Part shown: positions 36,590-48,559 of the stretch, in pieces | Position numbering within the stretch: the stretch's first letter is position 1 | Layout: each line of letters begins with the position of its first letter | Assembly: GCF_004010195.1 (NCBI RefSeq) | Contig: NC_057718.1 | Span: 52,408,254 to 52,472,253, forward strand | Source of the DNA: Chiloscyllium plagiosum | Lineage: Eukaryota | Length of the DNA: 64,000 nucleotides | Direction of reading: 5' to 3' | Notes under the pieces: model-generated | The model's database searches: none | What the model saw: the letters and a program-made list of their open reading frames with translations, nothing else | What the model was told of the DNA's origin: nothing | Translations under genes and position numbers: made by a program

Positions 36590-37227
36590 AAGGCAAAAGA
36601 AAATGAGAGAGCAGAGGTGCAGGTAGTGAAGAGGCAGTTGATATTGTTGACAGGAAGAGTTAAAAAAAATGCAGATAAATATTACAGAGGTTAGAACCTG
36701 AGTAATAACTGTAAATAGTCAAATCCAAAAGCTCTTTATCTGAATGCATGCAGCATTTTGTAACAAGATAGGTAAGTTGATAGCACAGATGGAGATGGAT
36801 GACTAAATTGACAGCTAGTACAGAGACGTGGTTGCAGGTTGACCAAAGCTGGGAACTCAATATTCAAAGGTATATGACATTCCAAAAGAATACGCAAAAA
36901 GAAAATCAGGTAAGGTACGATAGCTTTGGTAAGGAAGGAAGATGTCAGTACAGTGGTGAGTAGTGATAAAGATGTAATAGTTTAAAATGTTGAATCAGTT
37001 TGGGAGAACATAAGGGAAAGCGAGGGAAAGAAATCACAGGCGAGAGTCATTATATCAGACAGGAAACAAAGTGTGGGGATAAATGGGTACTTTCACAAGT
37101 AGCAGGCAATGACTAGAGAGACATTGGCTTGGACTCTGCCTATACACAACATGTATAAACAACATGGATGAGGAAATGAAATGCAACATTTTCAATTTGT
37201 TGACGGCACTAAACTGGATGGATTATG
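36590..37227 (+). mobile_element. CR1 ORF2 relic: APE endonuclease start joined to an RT fragment
   Basis: KALYLNACSI, TETWLQVDQSWELNIQ, then a decayed F.D.TKL near 37195-37215. Confidence 0.75.
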
Positions 37228-38672
37228 AAACAAAAAAACATCGCTGAAGAAACTCAGCAGGTATGGCAGCATCTGTGGGGAAAAACAGCGTTAATGTTCC
37301 AAGTGACCCTTCCAGTGACTCTTCATCAGAACAGCTAGTAGCTCAGAAAACGTGGTATTTATGCTAAAGTCAAAGGGGGGAAGGCAGGGGAACGGGATGG
37401 ATATAGAGCTCAGAGAGAGAGATATAGAAAGGGGTAGATAAACAAGGAGATTAGGGACAGCAAGCCAGGACAGAAGAAAAGCTGAATAAGTGATAAGAAG
37501 AGCTAAGAGTAAGAGAAAATAGGTAAGCTGTAACTGAATGCAACACATGCAATGTAATACTAGGCCTGGGAGTACATGTTAATTGGTGACTGTGCTAAAA
37601 GCAATCCATGTCATAACAGGACTGGGTGTAGGATGGGTAAAACCATGGAAGGATGGAATCAGACTCTAAAGCTATTGAACTTAACATTGAATCCCAGAAA
37701 CTGCAGGGTCCCCAAGTGGAAAATGAGATGTTGTTCTTTGAGCTTGCACTGAAGCTTGCTGGAACACTGTAGCAGGCCTGAGACAGAAATGTTGGCCAGG
37801 GAACACGGCAGTGTGCTGAAGTGGTGGGCAACTGGAAGCTCGGGGTCATTTGTATGGACAGAACACAGATATTCTGTAAAGCAGTTACTCAGCTTGCTTT
37901 TATCTCCCCAGTGTAGAGGAGGTCACATTGTGAATACAGTAGGCTAGATTGAATAAAGTACAGGTAAATTAGTGCTTCAGTTTGAAGATATGTCTGGGGC
38001 CTTGGATAATGAGGAGGAAGAAAGTAAATGGCAGGTATTACAGATTCTGTGAATGCCTGAGAAGGTACCAGGAATAGAGGACGAGTGACCAGAATGCCTG
38101 GAGGAAATGGTCCGTACAGAATGCTGACAAGGGAGGGGAATATGTGTCTGGTTGAGGCATCCCATTGGAGGTGATGGAAATGGTGGCGGATAATCCTTTG
38201 ACTGGTGAGGCAGGTGGGATGGTAGGTGAGGATAGGGGGATCTATCCTTGCTGACGGAAGGAAGAGAAGGGGTGAGAGCAGAAATGAAAGAGAGGTATTG
38301 AACACAGCTAAACGCCCAGTCTGCCATGGTGCTGGTGAACCCTTGGTTGAGGAAAGGGGTGGACATTTCTGAGACCCTCCTGCGATGGTGACATTGTCAG
38401 AACAATGTGACAGAGACAGATAATGGGTTGGTGTCCTTACAGGAAGCAGGATATGACAATGTATAGTGCAGGTTTCTGTGGAGGTTGATGGATTTGTAGT
38501 GTATATTGGTGGCCAGCCTATCACCAGAAATCGAAACAGAGATATTGAGGAAAGGAAGAGGATTCGGAATTGGATGAGTCGAATGTGAGAGTAGGGCAGG
38601 ACTTGGAAACGATATTGATAAATTTGTCCACCAATCCACTCACCTCTCTCCTCCCACCAGCACCCACTACCC
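37228..38672 (-). mobile_element. Older Penelope-like element (RT C-terminus plus GIY-YIG endonuclease), with its inverted terminal copy continuing at 40059-40168
   Basis: LPFLNISVSISGDRLATNIHYK (RT thumb region), FTCT and SQCDLLYTGEIK (GIY-YIG C..C.L.YIGET-like). The terminus at 37290-37385 is repeated inverted at 40080-40168. Confidence 0.88.
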
Positions 38673-38770
38673 GGTCAAAACAATGACTGCAGATGCTGGA
38701 AACCAGATTCTGGATTAGTGGTGCTGGAAAAGCACAGCAGTTCAGGCAGCGTCCGAGAAGCAGTAAAATT

Positions 38771-38798
38771 GATGTTTCGGGCAAAAGCCCTTCATCAG
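38771..38798 (-). ncRNA. Minimal hammerhead ribozyme core (PLE-type)
   Basis: Minus strand reads CTGATGA-A-GGGC-TTTT-GCCC-GAAAC-ATC. The GTC to ATC change is consistent with CpG decay. Confidence 0.6.
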
Positions 38799-38907
38799 GA
38801 ATACAGGCAGAGTGCCTGAAGGGTGGAGAGATAAATGAGAGGGGAGGTGGGGGTGGGGAGAAAGTAGCATAGAGTACAATAGGTGAGTGGGGGGTGGGGG
38901 TGAAGGT

Positions 38908-39519
38908 NNNNNNNNNNNNNNNNNNNNNNNNNNNNNNNNNNNNNNNNNNNNNNNNNNNNNNNNNNNNNNNNNNNNNNNNNNNNNNNNNNNNNNNNNNNNN
39001 NNNNNNNNNNNNNNNNNNNNNNNNNNNNNNNNNNNNNNNNNNNNNNNNNNNNNNNNNNNNNNNNNNNNNNNNNNNNNNNNNNNNNNNNNNNNNNNNNNNN
39101 NNNNNNNNNNNNNNNNNNNNNNNNNNNNNNNNNNNNNNNNNNNNNNNNNNNNNNNNNNNNNNNNNNNNNNNNNNNNNNNNNNNNNNNNNNNNNNNNNNNN
39201 NNNNNNNNNNNNNNNNNNNNNNNNNNNNNNNNNNNNNNNNNNNNNNNNNNNNNNNNNNNNNNNNNNNNNNNNNNNNNNNNNNNNNNNNNNNNNNNNNNNN
39301 NNNNNNNNNNNNNNNNNNNNNNNNNNNNNNNNNNNNNNNNNNNNNNNNNNNNNNNNNNNNNNNNNNNNNNNNNNNNNNNNNNNNNNNNNNNNNNNNNNNN
39401 NNNNNNNNNNNNNNNNNNNNNNNNNNNNNNNNNNNNNNNNNNNNNNNNNNNNNNNNNNNNNNNNNNNNNNNNNNNNNNNNNNNNNNNNNNNNNNNNNNNN
39501 NNNNNNNNNNNNNNNNNNN
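38908..39519. other. Assembly gap
   Basis: Run of N. Confidence 1.
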
Positions 39520-40169
39520 GTTGGAGGGGTGGGGTCTGAGGGCGGAGGTGCGGGATGTGGACAAGATGCGTTGGAGGGCATCTTTAACTACGTGGGAAGG
39601 GAAATTGCGGTCTCTAAAGAAGGAGGCCATCTGGTGTGTTCTGTGGTGGAACTGATCCTCCTGGGAGTAGATACGGTGGAGGCGGAGGAATTGGGAATAC
39701 AGGATGGCATTTTTGCAGGAGGTAGGGTGGGAAGAGGTGTAATCCAGGTAGCTGTGGGAGTCGGTGGGTTTGTAAAAAATGTTGGTGTCAAGTCAGTTGT
39801 CATTAATGGAGATGGATAGGTCCAGGAAGGGGAGGGAGATGGTCCAGGTAAATTTAAAATCAGTGTGGAATGTGTTGGTGAAGTTGATGAATTGCTCAAC
39901 CTCCTCGCGGGAGCATGAGGTGGCGCCAATGCAGTCATCAATGTAGCGAAGGAAGAGGTGGGGAATGGTGCTGGTGTAATTATAGAAGATGGACTGTTCT
40001 ACGTAGCCAACAAAGAGACAGGCATAGCTGGGGCCCATACAGGTGCCCATGGCTACCCCACCCACGACCCACCTTCCCTTCCCCAATTTCAGCTTCAGCT
40101 TAAATACCACCTTTTCCTTGCTACGAGCAGCTCTGATAAAGAGTTACTAGACTCGGAACGTTAACTGTA

Positions 40170-40605
40170 GTTGGCTTATCAAGGAGGGCTAAACAGATTA
40201 GGCCTTTATGCATTAAGATTTAGAAAAATGCAGGATGATTTTACTGAACTCTAAAAGATTCTGAGTGAACTTGATACAGAGAAGTTGTATCCATTAATGG
40301 GGCAATCTCAAATTAGAGGACAATTACAAAATCAGGAAAAACTCATTTAAAACTGAGATGCAAAGCAATTTCTTTTCTCAGAGGGTAGCGATTGTTTGCA
40401 ATTCCAGGGAGTTGTGGAGGCTATATCACTGAAAGTACTGAAAGAGACAATAGATAAATGTTTGAAATATCAGGGGAATTGAGGGCTATGTTGAGCTGCC
40501 ACAAAAGAGTTGAGGCATGGCCAAATCAGCCATGATCTTATCGAATGGCAAGGTGCCAAAATGTCTACACTTATCCCTATTCCTTATGTTGATATGTTCT
40601 TATGT
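40170..40605 (+). mobile_element. CR1 3' end fragment
   Basis: RLGL-like start, AATTTCTTTTCTCAGAGGGTAG (NFFSQRV) and 3' UTR TCAGCCATGATCTTATCGAATGGC. Confidence 0.8.
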
Positions 40606-40820
40606 CACCTTACCAGCATGGAAACCATATGAACTAAATGAGTTTCACATGATTACCCATCATCTGTGTGCCTTAATTTTACATGGTTGTGCACAGAAGG
40701 GATGAAAATAATATTCCAACATCACCAGCCAACTTCCACAATGCGATGTGGGTTAGCAGTAAAATAGTAGATTAAATGCCCCACCTTTTAAAAATTACTT
40801 CAACTGGTCTAAGTTTCATT

Positions 40821-41432
40821 GAACATAGAGAACATAGAACATAGAAAAGTACAGCACAGAACAGGCCCTTTGGCCCACGATGTTGTGCCGAGGATTAATC
40901 CTAATGTAAAATAAAATAACTTAGCCTATGCACCCCTCAATTCACTGCTATTCTTGTGCATGTCCAGCAGTTGCTTAAATGTCCCTAATGGCTCTGCTTC
41001 CAACACCACTGCTGGCAATGCATTCCATGCATTCACAACTCTCTGCGTAAAGAACTTTGCTCTGATGTCCCCTCTATACCTTTCTCCTAATATCTTAAAA
41101 CAACGACCCCTCATGCCAGTCAATCCTGCCCTGGGGAAAAGTCTCTGGCTATTGACTCTATCCATTCCTCTCATTATCTTATATACCTCAATCAGGTCAC
41201 CTCTCTCCCTCCTTCTCTCCAGACAAAAATGTCCGAGCTTAGTCAACCCCTCTTCATTAGGCAAGCCTTCCAGTCCAGGCAGCAGTTTGGTAAACCTTCT
41301 TTGCACCCTCTCCAAAGCCTCTGTATCTTTCCTATAGTAGGGCGACCAGAACTGGACACAATATTCCAAGCATGGTCTCACCAGGGACTTGTCAAGCTGC
41401 AGCAAAACTTCGTGGCTCTTAAACCGGTTTCT
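40821..41432 (-). mobile_element. Young CR1 3' fragment
   Basis: ORF 40926-41456 gives KSLVRPCLEYCVQFWSPYYRKD...RGDLIEVYKIMRG...FFTQRVVNAWNALP. The tail is (TTCTATG)n-like. Confidence 0.95.
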
Positions 41433-42439
41433 ATTATATAATTTGTGGCTCCACAACTAATTAAAATATATAACCAAAATGTACAATGTACTTAATTACA
41501 CACATAATGGACAAGGTTTTTGTTTGATGCTAATGCTCAGAAAATATTTTATCACTTTTGAAAATACTCCTGCATAAAATACCTTTCAGGCCTTATTTTT
41601 CTGATTTAAAGGGAAGTGGGATATTTTCCACCTTACAACAGAATTGCAGAGGCTACTTACTGAACAATGTTGACTTATTAATTAAGTAACAGGATTAACA
41701 GATATCAATGCATAATTTATTCAATTTTCAAGTGCCATTCATATTGTATGCTTTCTCTATTGTGCAATTCTATGCAACTGTAATTCCATAATTTTACTGC
41801 CTTTTTTTCCATACTACGGTAATTATTTAGCAAAAATAGACATCTTCAATTTTGAGTTCCAAATACAATACCCATTTACATTTTTGTTTTCCTTTTAAAA
41901 CTAACATAAGGCAAAATCACAAACAACCTGGGGTAATTTTGATTTTGTGAAAAAGCTTAGAATAGATGTTGGGGAAATGAAGTTGTCCACAGTATTCACA
42001 AAGAAACTGCAGTGCAGAACAACTATGGGTCACATTGAAGACAGAGTTTAACAGAATACAGAAAAAAAATGGAAATATTAAGCAGATCAGAAAGCATCTG
42101 TGAAGAAAGAAACAGAGCTAATTACTTTTTTTATCAGAAACACTAAACACTAATGAAATTTAAAGACTGAATAACAACATGGTGAATAACTGTGAGTAAG
42201 AAAGGCATACATGAGGTACACGGACAGAGAGTGAATGGTAAGAGAAAATACTGAGGTTAGGAATAATGTAAAACAAAACTAGAAATCAAAGAGAAATTCT
42301 GAACTTTAATTATTAAAAAGCACAGAATAAAATAATAGAATATTTGTAAAACACAGCTATAAAAAGAAAAGATAAGATTCAAATATGGCTATTAAAAATA
42401 GCTGGGATAATAACACAAACAACAATAATAAATGACAGA

Positions 42440-43215
42440 AATAAAGAATAACGATTTTGATTTGGTATTTATGGAGGAAATATAACATAAATGGAGAAAG
42501 GCTGCAGAACTTTACAATATGGGTGCATGTGGGTGTCCAAGTACATGAACCACATAAAGATAATATGTAGGATATGTAAGCAATGTGCACTACAAGTGGC
42601 ATGTTGTTATTTGTTGCAAAGGGATTGGAATATAAGAGCAAGAATATTTTACTCCAGTTGTCTAACGCATTAGTGAAACGACATCTGAAGTGTTGTGCAC
42701 AGTTGTGGCTTCCTTATTTAAGAATGGACATATTGCACTAGAAGGATTACACAACTGATACCTGGGACTAAAGGGTTAGTTTATGAAGAAAAGCTGAAAA
42801 GATTGGGGCCTTTATCCATAGGAATTTGAAAGAATGAGAAGTGATCTTTTTTTAACCCATAAGAACCTGAGGGCACTTGGCATGGTCAATGCTAAATGGA
42901 TGTTTCCCCTTGGGATAGTGATTAGAACTAAAAAGACACAGGTTAAAAGAAAAGGGGTCTCCCGTCTAAGATGGAGATAAGAATTTTTCTTCCTTCTCAG
43001 AAGGTTTGAGTTTACAAAACTTTCTTCTCCAGACAGGAGGAGAGACAAGATCATTGAATACTCTTCAGATCAGGTTAGATTGGTTCTTGACTGACAAGGG
43101 AATCAAAGTGGATACAAAGTCAGGGAAAGTGGAGTTGAGGCCACAATCAGAATGGACATTACCTTAGCAAATGGCATAGTGGACTCAAAGGACTCAATAT
43201 TACTCTTAATTGTAT
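42440..43215 (+). mobile_element. Decayed CR1 3' fragment
   Basis: GGATTGGAATATAAGAGCAAG, ACATCTGAAGTGTTGTGCACAGTT and a CR1-type 3' UTR. Confidence 0.75.
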
Positions 43216-43650
43216 GTGCATGTGAGTAGATAATCATGATACTGAAATGAGTAATAAGAAAGCAGTATTTTAAAAATGAATGGGCAAGGTTGTATAGAAT
43301 AATTTAATCAAACTCAAGTAGGATAAATGGCTGGCCCAGATGGAAGGTATCCACACAAGTTAAAATAATTTAGAGAAGGCAAAGCAGTGGCATCATTAGA
43401 TATATATTTAATAATTATTAGAAAAAGGAACAATGCCAAAGGACTGCCAGACGGCTAATAGGCCTATATTTAAGAAGGGAAATAAAACATCAAAAGAATT
43501 ACAAACTGAACAGTTTTACATCAAAAATGCACATTTGCAATTACAATGTGACCATTCATAATGCCCTAGCCCCTCTGTAAAATATGGCAGAGGGTGGTGC
43601 TGCATGGCCTGAATGCTTTGTGGAATAGCATTCTATTGGAATGCCTGACA

Positions 43651-43780
43651 AAAGTGAGGACTGCAGATGCTGGACATCACAGTCAAGATTAGAATGATAC
43701 TGGAAAAGCACAGCAGGTCAAGCAGCATCCGAGCAGCAGGGAATTCGACATTTCGGGCAAAAGCCCTTCCTCAGGAATGC
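43651..43780 (-). mobile_element. Short PLE terminal insertion containing a hammerhead core
   Basis: Same terminus as 33437 and 38676. Minus-strand CTGAGGA-A-GGGC-TTTT-GCCC-GAAA-TGTC at 43747-43774. GGAATGC occurs at both junctions. Confidence 0.85.
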
Positions 43781-44789
43781 TGCTGATAGTCACAGTGCTA
43801 TAACTAATGGGTCCAGCAGTCTGGTTTGCCAACAAACAGACCCATACAACTGAACTTCTAAAAAATTATAAATATAATAATGAAATACAGCAGGTACTTC
43901 AAAAAGAAAGATCCTACTTGATCGATTTTGCTATTTATTTGCGGATGTAACACAGAAATAGGACAGTAACATACAGGATTGAATTGATCTGGAAATTCAA
44001 AAGACTTTTGACAATGCCCCACAAGAGAATAATGAACAAAATTAGACAATGTGAAGTCAAAGAACAAAGAGTGAACTGACTGGTCTCAAGACATGGAGAC
44101 AGAGAATGGGAGATGTTAATTATATTTTTAAGATACACAGTTCAATGGCATTGTTTAACTGAGTACCTAATTGAGTTGTAAATAGAAATTGGGGGCAGGG
44201 GTACACCATTAACCCACAAATTGACATTTTTAATTTAAGTTCATAAATTTTCTCTGAAATGTTGCCCTTAATTTATAGTGCCCATCAAAGGCTCTATCAC
44301 CCGATTAATTTGGTCTAATTTAGTTCAATTTGGCTTCATTGTTCCTGTTTGTTTCACAACATAGTATAAACAGAAATTGGTTCAGGTTATTTAACTTAGT
44401 AGAAGCTGCTGGGCCTTGTTGGTATTCTGTACAAGGTAGCTGCATGAAATTCTATATCTTGTCAAAAAACAATCATCAAGAAAAGGATTAGCATCCAGTT
44501 TTATTTTTCACCATATGACTTGGGATCCAGTTAACAAAAGGCCAGTTGTTTAGAGTAGCAAGACATGTAAAGTGGAGTTCTAAGAGAAATCATACTGGGA
44601 CCACTGCCATTCCCAACTTGCATTAATGAGCTGCATTTTGGAATCAAAAACACAGACCACTTGTTTAATCAGTGGGCAACTCCATGGGTACACATTGTCC
44701 AGATAGGAGGAGTCAACCCTGACCCACAGATAATTAGATGCCTTAAGACTGCAGAAAAACTACCCGACTGAAAGAGGGCCACATGCAGA

Positions 44790-45375
44790 GTGGCAGACGT
44801 GGGTTCTTTCAGCGGTAGGAGGTTGGCAACAGTGAGCTTGTTTGTCCAGCATTCAGGGCCGGCATGAGCAGCAGCCAAGCTCCTCCAGCGTTGGAGTACA
44901 GTGGCATCAGCAGCAGCAGGCTCTTCAAGATGGCGGAGCAGGCAAAGTGGCATATGCAACTGAAGAGGGACTCATGGTGTGGCGGCCTGGCCTGGCAGCG
45001 GATCCAGGGACTCTTGGTTGTGGGCGAGTGTGAGTGCAGCGGTGAAGAGATGGTGCCTAAATGGGGTCACCCCAAAGTTAGTGGATCCGGCGCAGACGGT
45101 GATGAGATGGTATAGGTCTCCCTTGAGGCTAGGTGCCGGCATGGACTGGTATTCTGAGCTTTCTACTTATTTATTTAACTTTTTAATTTATTCCTATGAC
45201 CTATAATGCTGGAGTATTTGTTTCATTACTTTTCCAAATGTTATTTTGCTTTCAAAAACTTTGAATTTAAGTATCTGTACCTAAGTACCTTTGCATCTAA
45301 GATGGCGCCATAATGCGACGACTGTAAACATTTCACTGTACTCATTTGAGTACATGAGACAATAAAGCTAATACA
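44790..45375 (+). mobile_element. Non-autonomous non-LTR element (GC-rich body, AT-rich 3' part, LINE-type 3' stem-loop)
   Basis: Ends TTTCACTGTACTCATTTGAGTACATGAGACAATAAAGCTAA, similar to the end of 5141-6072. The 5' boundary is uncertain. Confidence 0.55.
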
Positions 45376-45566
45376 ACACTGGTAGAATGCCGAGGGGAGC
45401 AAGCACTTAACAGGCCAATCAAATAGCTCAGCTGAGCACTGCCGGGAATCCACCTTCCACCTTCTCTGCCGGTGCATTCCTGGGCCATTTTACACACCTC
45501 CCATCCCATTGCCTTTACATGGTTGAAAATATTAAACCTGTACTTCCAAAATTTTGGAGATGATAT

Positions 45567-45628
45567 TGTGTCTATGTGTGTGTCTGTGTGTGCGTGTGTA
45601 TGTGTTTATGTGTGTGTTTATATGTGTG
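45567..45628. repeat. Degenerate (TG)n microsatellite
   Basis: Interrupted TG run. Confidence 0.85.
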
Positions 45629-45799
45629 GTTTGTTCTTCAATTAATTATCCTTCCATTAATTTCTGAAGGATATCAATGAACTTGAAACTCACCAACTAG
45701 ATGGTAAATGTACTTCAAACAGATAAAGGAGGTTGTACCTTTTGTTAGGAAATGTAGGGTGCCCAGCTCTGTCTGGAAGTAGTGAATCAGGTGGGTAAA

Positions 45800-46430
45800 G
45801 AAGCAAAGGAATCTTTGGAGAAACAAAATCACTAAAAGTTTTCATCGCAAGTCAGCAACGCCAATATAAAAGCAAGTCAAGGCGGGAAAGGAATATTATG
45901 TTAAAGCAGTATTGAGCCTTGGTTTTGCGACACTTGGAGTGTTATGTCATGTTCCAGTCACAGTTATTTGAAAATAGGATACAAAGACACTGAACAGGGA
46001 ACATCGAAACTTTGCAAGGATGCGAGGATATGACAAAAAAAAGGCTTGGAAAAGGAATGCATGGGGGCGGCAGAATAAGGCTTTCAAATTGTGAAAGATT
46101 TTGACTGAGTGGATACAGATAAAATGTTTCCTCTTGTGGGAAACTGCGTAGCCGGGGCCATCAATATAAAATAGTCACCGAGAAATCCAATAGGGAATTC
46201 AGAAACTTCTTCAAGTAAAAAAAATATGAATTTGCAACATGCTGCCATAGGGAATAACTGAAGGAAGTAGTATAGATGAATTTAAGGTGAAGCATATGAC
46301 TGAAAAGGGAATAGGTGGTTTTATTGGTAGATTTAGATAAGAAAAAATGAGACTCAAGTGGAGAATAAACCCAAGCAATGAAGAGTTGAATGTCCTATTT
46401 CTATGCCATATATCTTATGTAATCCTATAT
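45800..46430 (+). mobile_element. Decayed CR1 3' fragment
   Basis: GCCTTGGTTTTGCGACACTTGGAGTGTT (ALV..HLE) and downstream CR1-like sequence. Further upstream pieces probably lie at 43290-43520, 43950-44110 and 44580-44650. Confidence 0.6.
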
Positions 46431-47000
46431 AAGAGTAGCAGCCCTTTTATCAGGTTTGGGGAAAGACTGTTACAGGCTGTATTTCATTAATTGGAAACGA
46501 ACATCGAGAGAGATATATAACAGCAGTTGAATCACTATCACTGGTTTTAAATACAGCCCAAAGTCAAAATTACTAACCTCACCTCTGACCTTGGATGTAG
46601 ACACTAGAAAAACATTGCCAAACTGTGGCTAATGTTGGGAATGTCAAGTCTTAGCTCCATGCCTAATAGAAATAAGCAAGTTGACTTGTACAAATGTCAA
46701 AATCTGATGACAGTTTCAATAGAAAATTTATTTTTTGCACCAATAACATGCTCCAATTTCTCTAAGCCAGGGAAGGGAAAATTTGAGCACTTGGCAATGA
46801 TTAGATTCTCATTTACCTGTTAGTGGTCAGTATTAACAGAGATCTGGGGAAAAATTTCTGCATATCAATTAGCATTTGTGTAAAAATAAATTGTACAAGA
46901 ACACCTCCAGGCATAAGAATAATTATAAGCTAATTGCTCTGTCACTTTCAGCTTTACTTTTCAAGTATTTTAGCCATTCAATTGTCAAACTCCAGTCACT

Positions 47001-47056
47001 AGGTGAAAGTGAGGACTGCAGATGCTGGAGATCAGAGTCAAGATTAGAGTTAATCT
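47001..47056 (-). mobile_element. 56 bp PLE 3' terminal insertion with perfect 14 bp TSD
   Basis: TSD AAACTCCAGTCACT at 46987-47000 and 47057-47070. The insert is the PLE terminus AAAGTGAGGACTGCAGATGCTGG ending in mini-inversion AGATTA-GAGT-TAATCT. Confidence 0.9.
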
Positions 47057-47289
47057 AAACTCCAGTCACTCTCAATTGGCCATTTTTTTCTCTATTAAGT
47101 CTTAGCAAGGAGAGTCTCCAGGCTATATAATTTCAGGGTGTTTGAACCTATCTGATTCTCTCCACTTCTAACACAGATCACAGGGCAGCAACCAACAGCA
47201 GGAAATCATGCGAACATTTCCTTCCTTAATCTATGAATATTATGGCCAACTATAGTACTCCCTTACCGCACATTTTGAGTTTAGCTAGT

Positions 47290-47746
47290 TCAGGACAGAA
47301 AAGATTTACAAAGATATTGCCAGGTTTGGAAGGTTTGTACTACAGGGAGAGGATGAATAGGCTGGGGCTGTTTTCCCTGGAGCGTTGGAGGCTGAGGGAT
47401 TACTTTATATGATTCTATAAAAGTCTTTTCCCTGGGGTGGGGGAGTCTAAAACTAGAGGGCATAGGTTTAAGGTGAGAGGGGAAAGGTTTAAAAGGGACC
47501 CATGGGACAACTTTTTCATGCAAAGGGTGGTGCAACTATGAAATGAGCTGCCAGAGGAAGTGGTTGAGGCTGGTACAATTCCAACATTTAAAAGGCATCT
47601 GGACAGGTATATGAATAGGAAGGGTTTAGAGGGATATGGGTCAAGTGCTGGCAAATGGGACTAGATTAATTTATGATATTTGGTCAGCATGAATGGGTTG
47701 GATTGAAGGGCTGTTTCTGTGCTGTACATCTCTACGACTCTATGAC
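47290..47746 (+). mobile_element. CR1 3' fragment, same subfamily as 6777-8021
   Basis: RFTKILPGLEG...RLGLFSLE, with tail CTCTACGACTCTATGAC. Confidence 0.92.
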
Positions 47747-47991
47747 AGCACTGGAATCAAACTCATTCAGTAAGATGCAAAATCTTGAGTATAATGTTCG
47801 TCATTTGTTTCCTAATACTTTCCATCATAACAGTCAATGCAGTTTAGGAAGAAAGCAGTAGGTGATAGACTTGTGACCCTCTACCTTGATAACTCTCAGC
47901 CAGCAACAAAACAAAGTGCAAGAGAAAACAACTCACTAAAATAACTCCCTCACTCAGCAAACTCCTTTAAAAACTATCAAATTAATTTTTA

Positions 47992-48317
47992 TTAGATTAG
48001 ATTTTTATTAGATTACATTACAGTGTGGAAACAGGCCCTTTGGCCCAACAAGTCCACACCGACCCGCCGAAGCGCAACCCACCCATACCCCTACATTTAC
48101 CCCTTTACCTAACACTACGGGCAATTTAGCATGGCCAATTCACCTGACCTGCACATCTTTGTGACTGTGGGAGGAAACCGGAGCACCCGGAGGAAACCCA
48201 CACAGACACGGGGAGAACGTGCAAACTCCACACAGAGAGTCGCCCGAGGCGGAATTGAACCCCGGGTCTCTGGCGCTGTGAGGCAGCAGTGCTAACCACT
48301 GTGCCACCGTGCCGCCC
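47992..48317 (-). mobile_element. HE1-type SINE, full length
   Basis: A box TGGCACAGTGG, B box GGTTCAATTCC, central block and (AATCT)n tail. Confidence 0.92.
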
Positions 48318-48559
48318 ATTGTGGTATGTTTTGGTGTTTTTAGTACTCTAATGAAGAGAGATGGGAGGGTGATATGAGGAGCATACAAACAAGCATGGAC
48401 CTGTTGAAATCAATGTCCTGTTTTGCTGCTGTAAATATGTGGTGATTTTAATTATAGTTTAGTTTTGCTACTTTTATTACCAAATCAAAATATATGGTGT
48501 GTTGACATAATAGATCCCACAACGACAGCATGACTGCTGAGAAAAGAGAAACATACTCT

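Larger units (their letters stand above)
38676..40058 (-). mobile_element. Younger Penelope-like element, 5' truncated within RT, gap inside
   Basis: ORF 39793-40110 gives GVAMGTCMGPSYACLFVGYVE...LFLRYIDDCIG and LPFLDLSISI. The terminal repeat has a hammerhead core. Probable TSD CACCCAC(T/G)ACCC at 38661-38672 and 40059-40070. Confidence 0.93.

Noticed and set aside
38521..39819. Long ORFs of 250-370 aa (also 22023-22777 and 59855-60502)
   Set aside because: Their length is inflated by N runs. The real parts are TE sequence.
46583..46603. Possible 21 nt minus-strand microexon
   Set aside because: Splice-like signals around such a short segment are expected by chance, and there is no host gene context.
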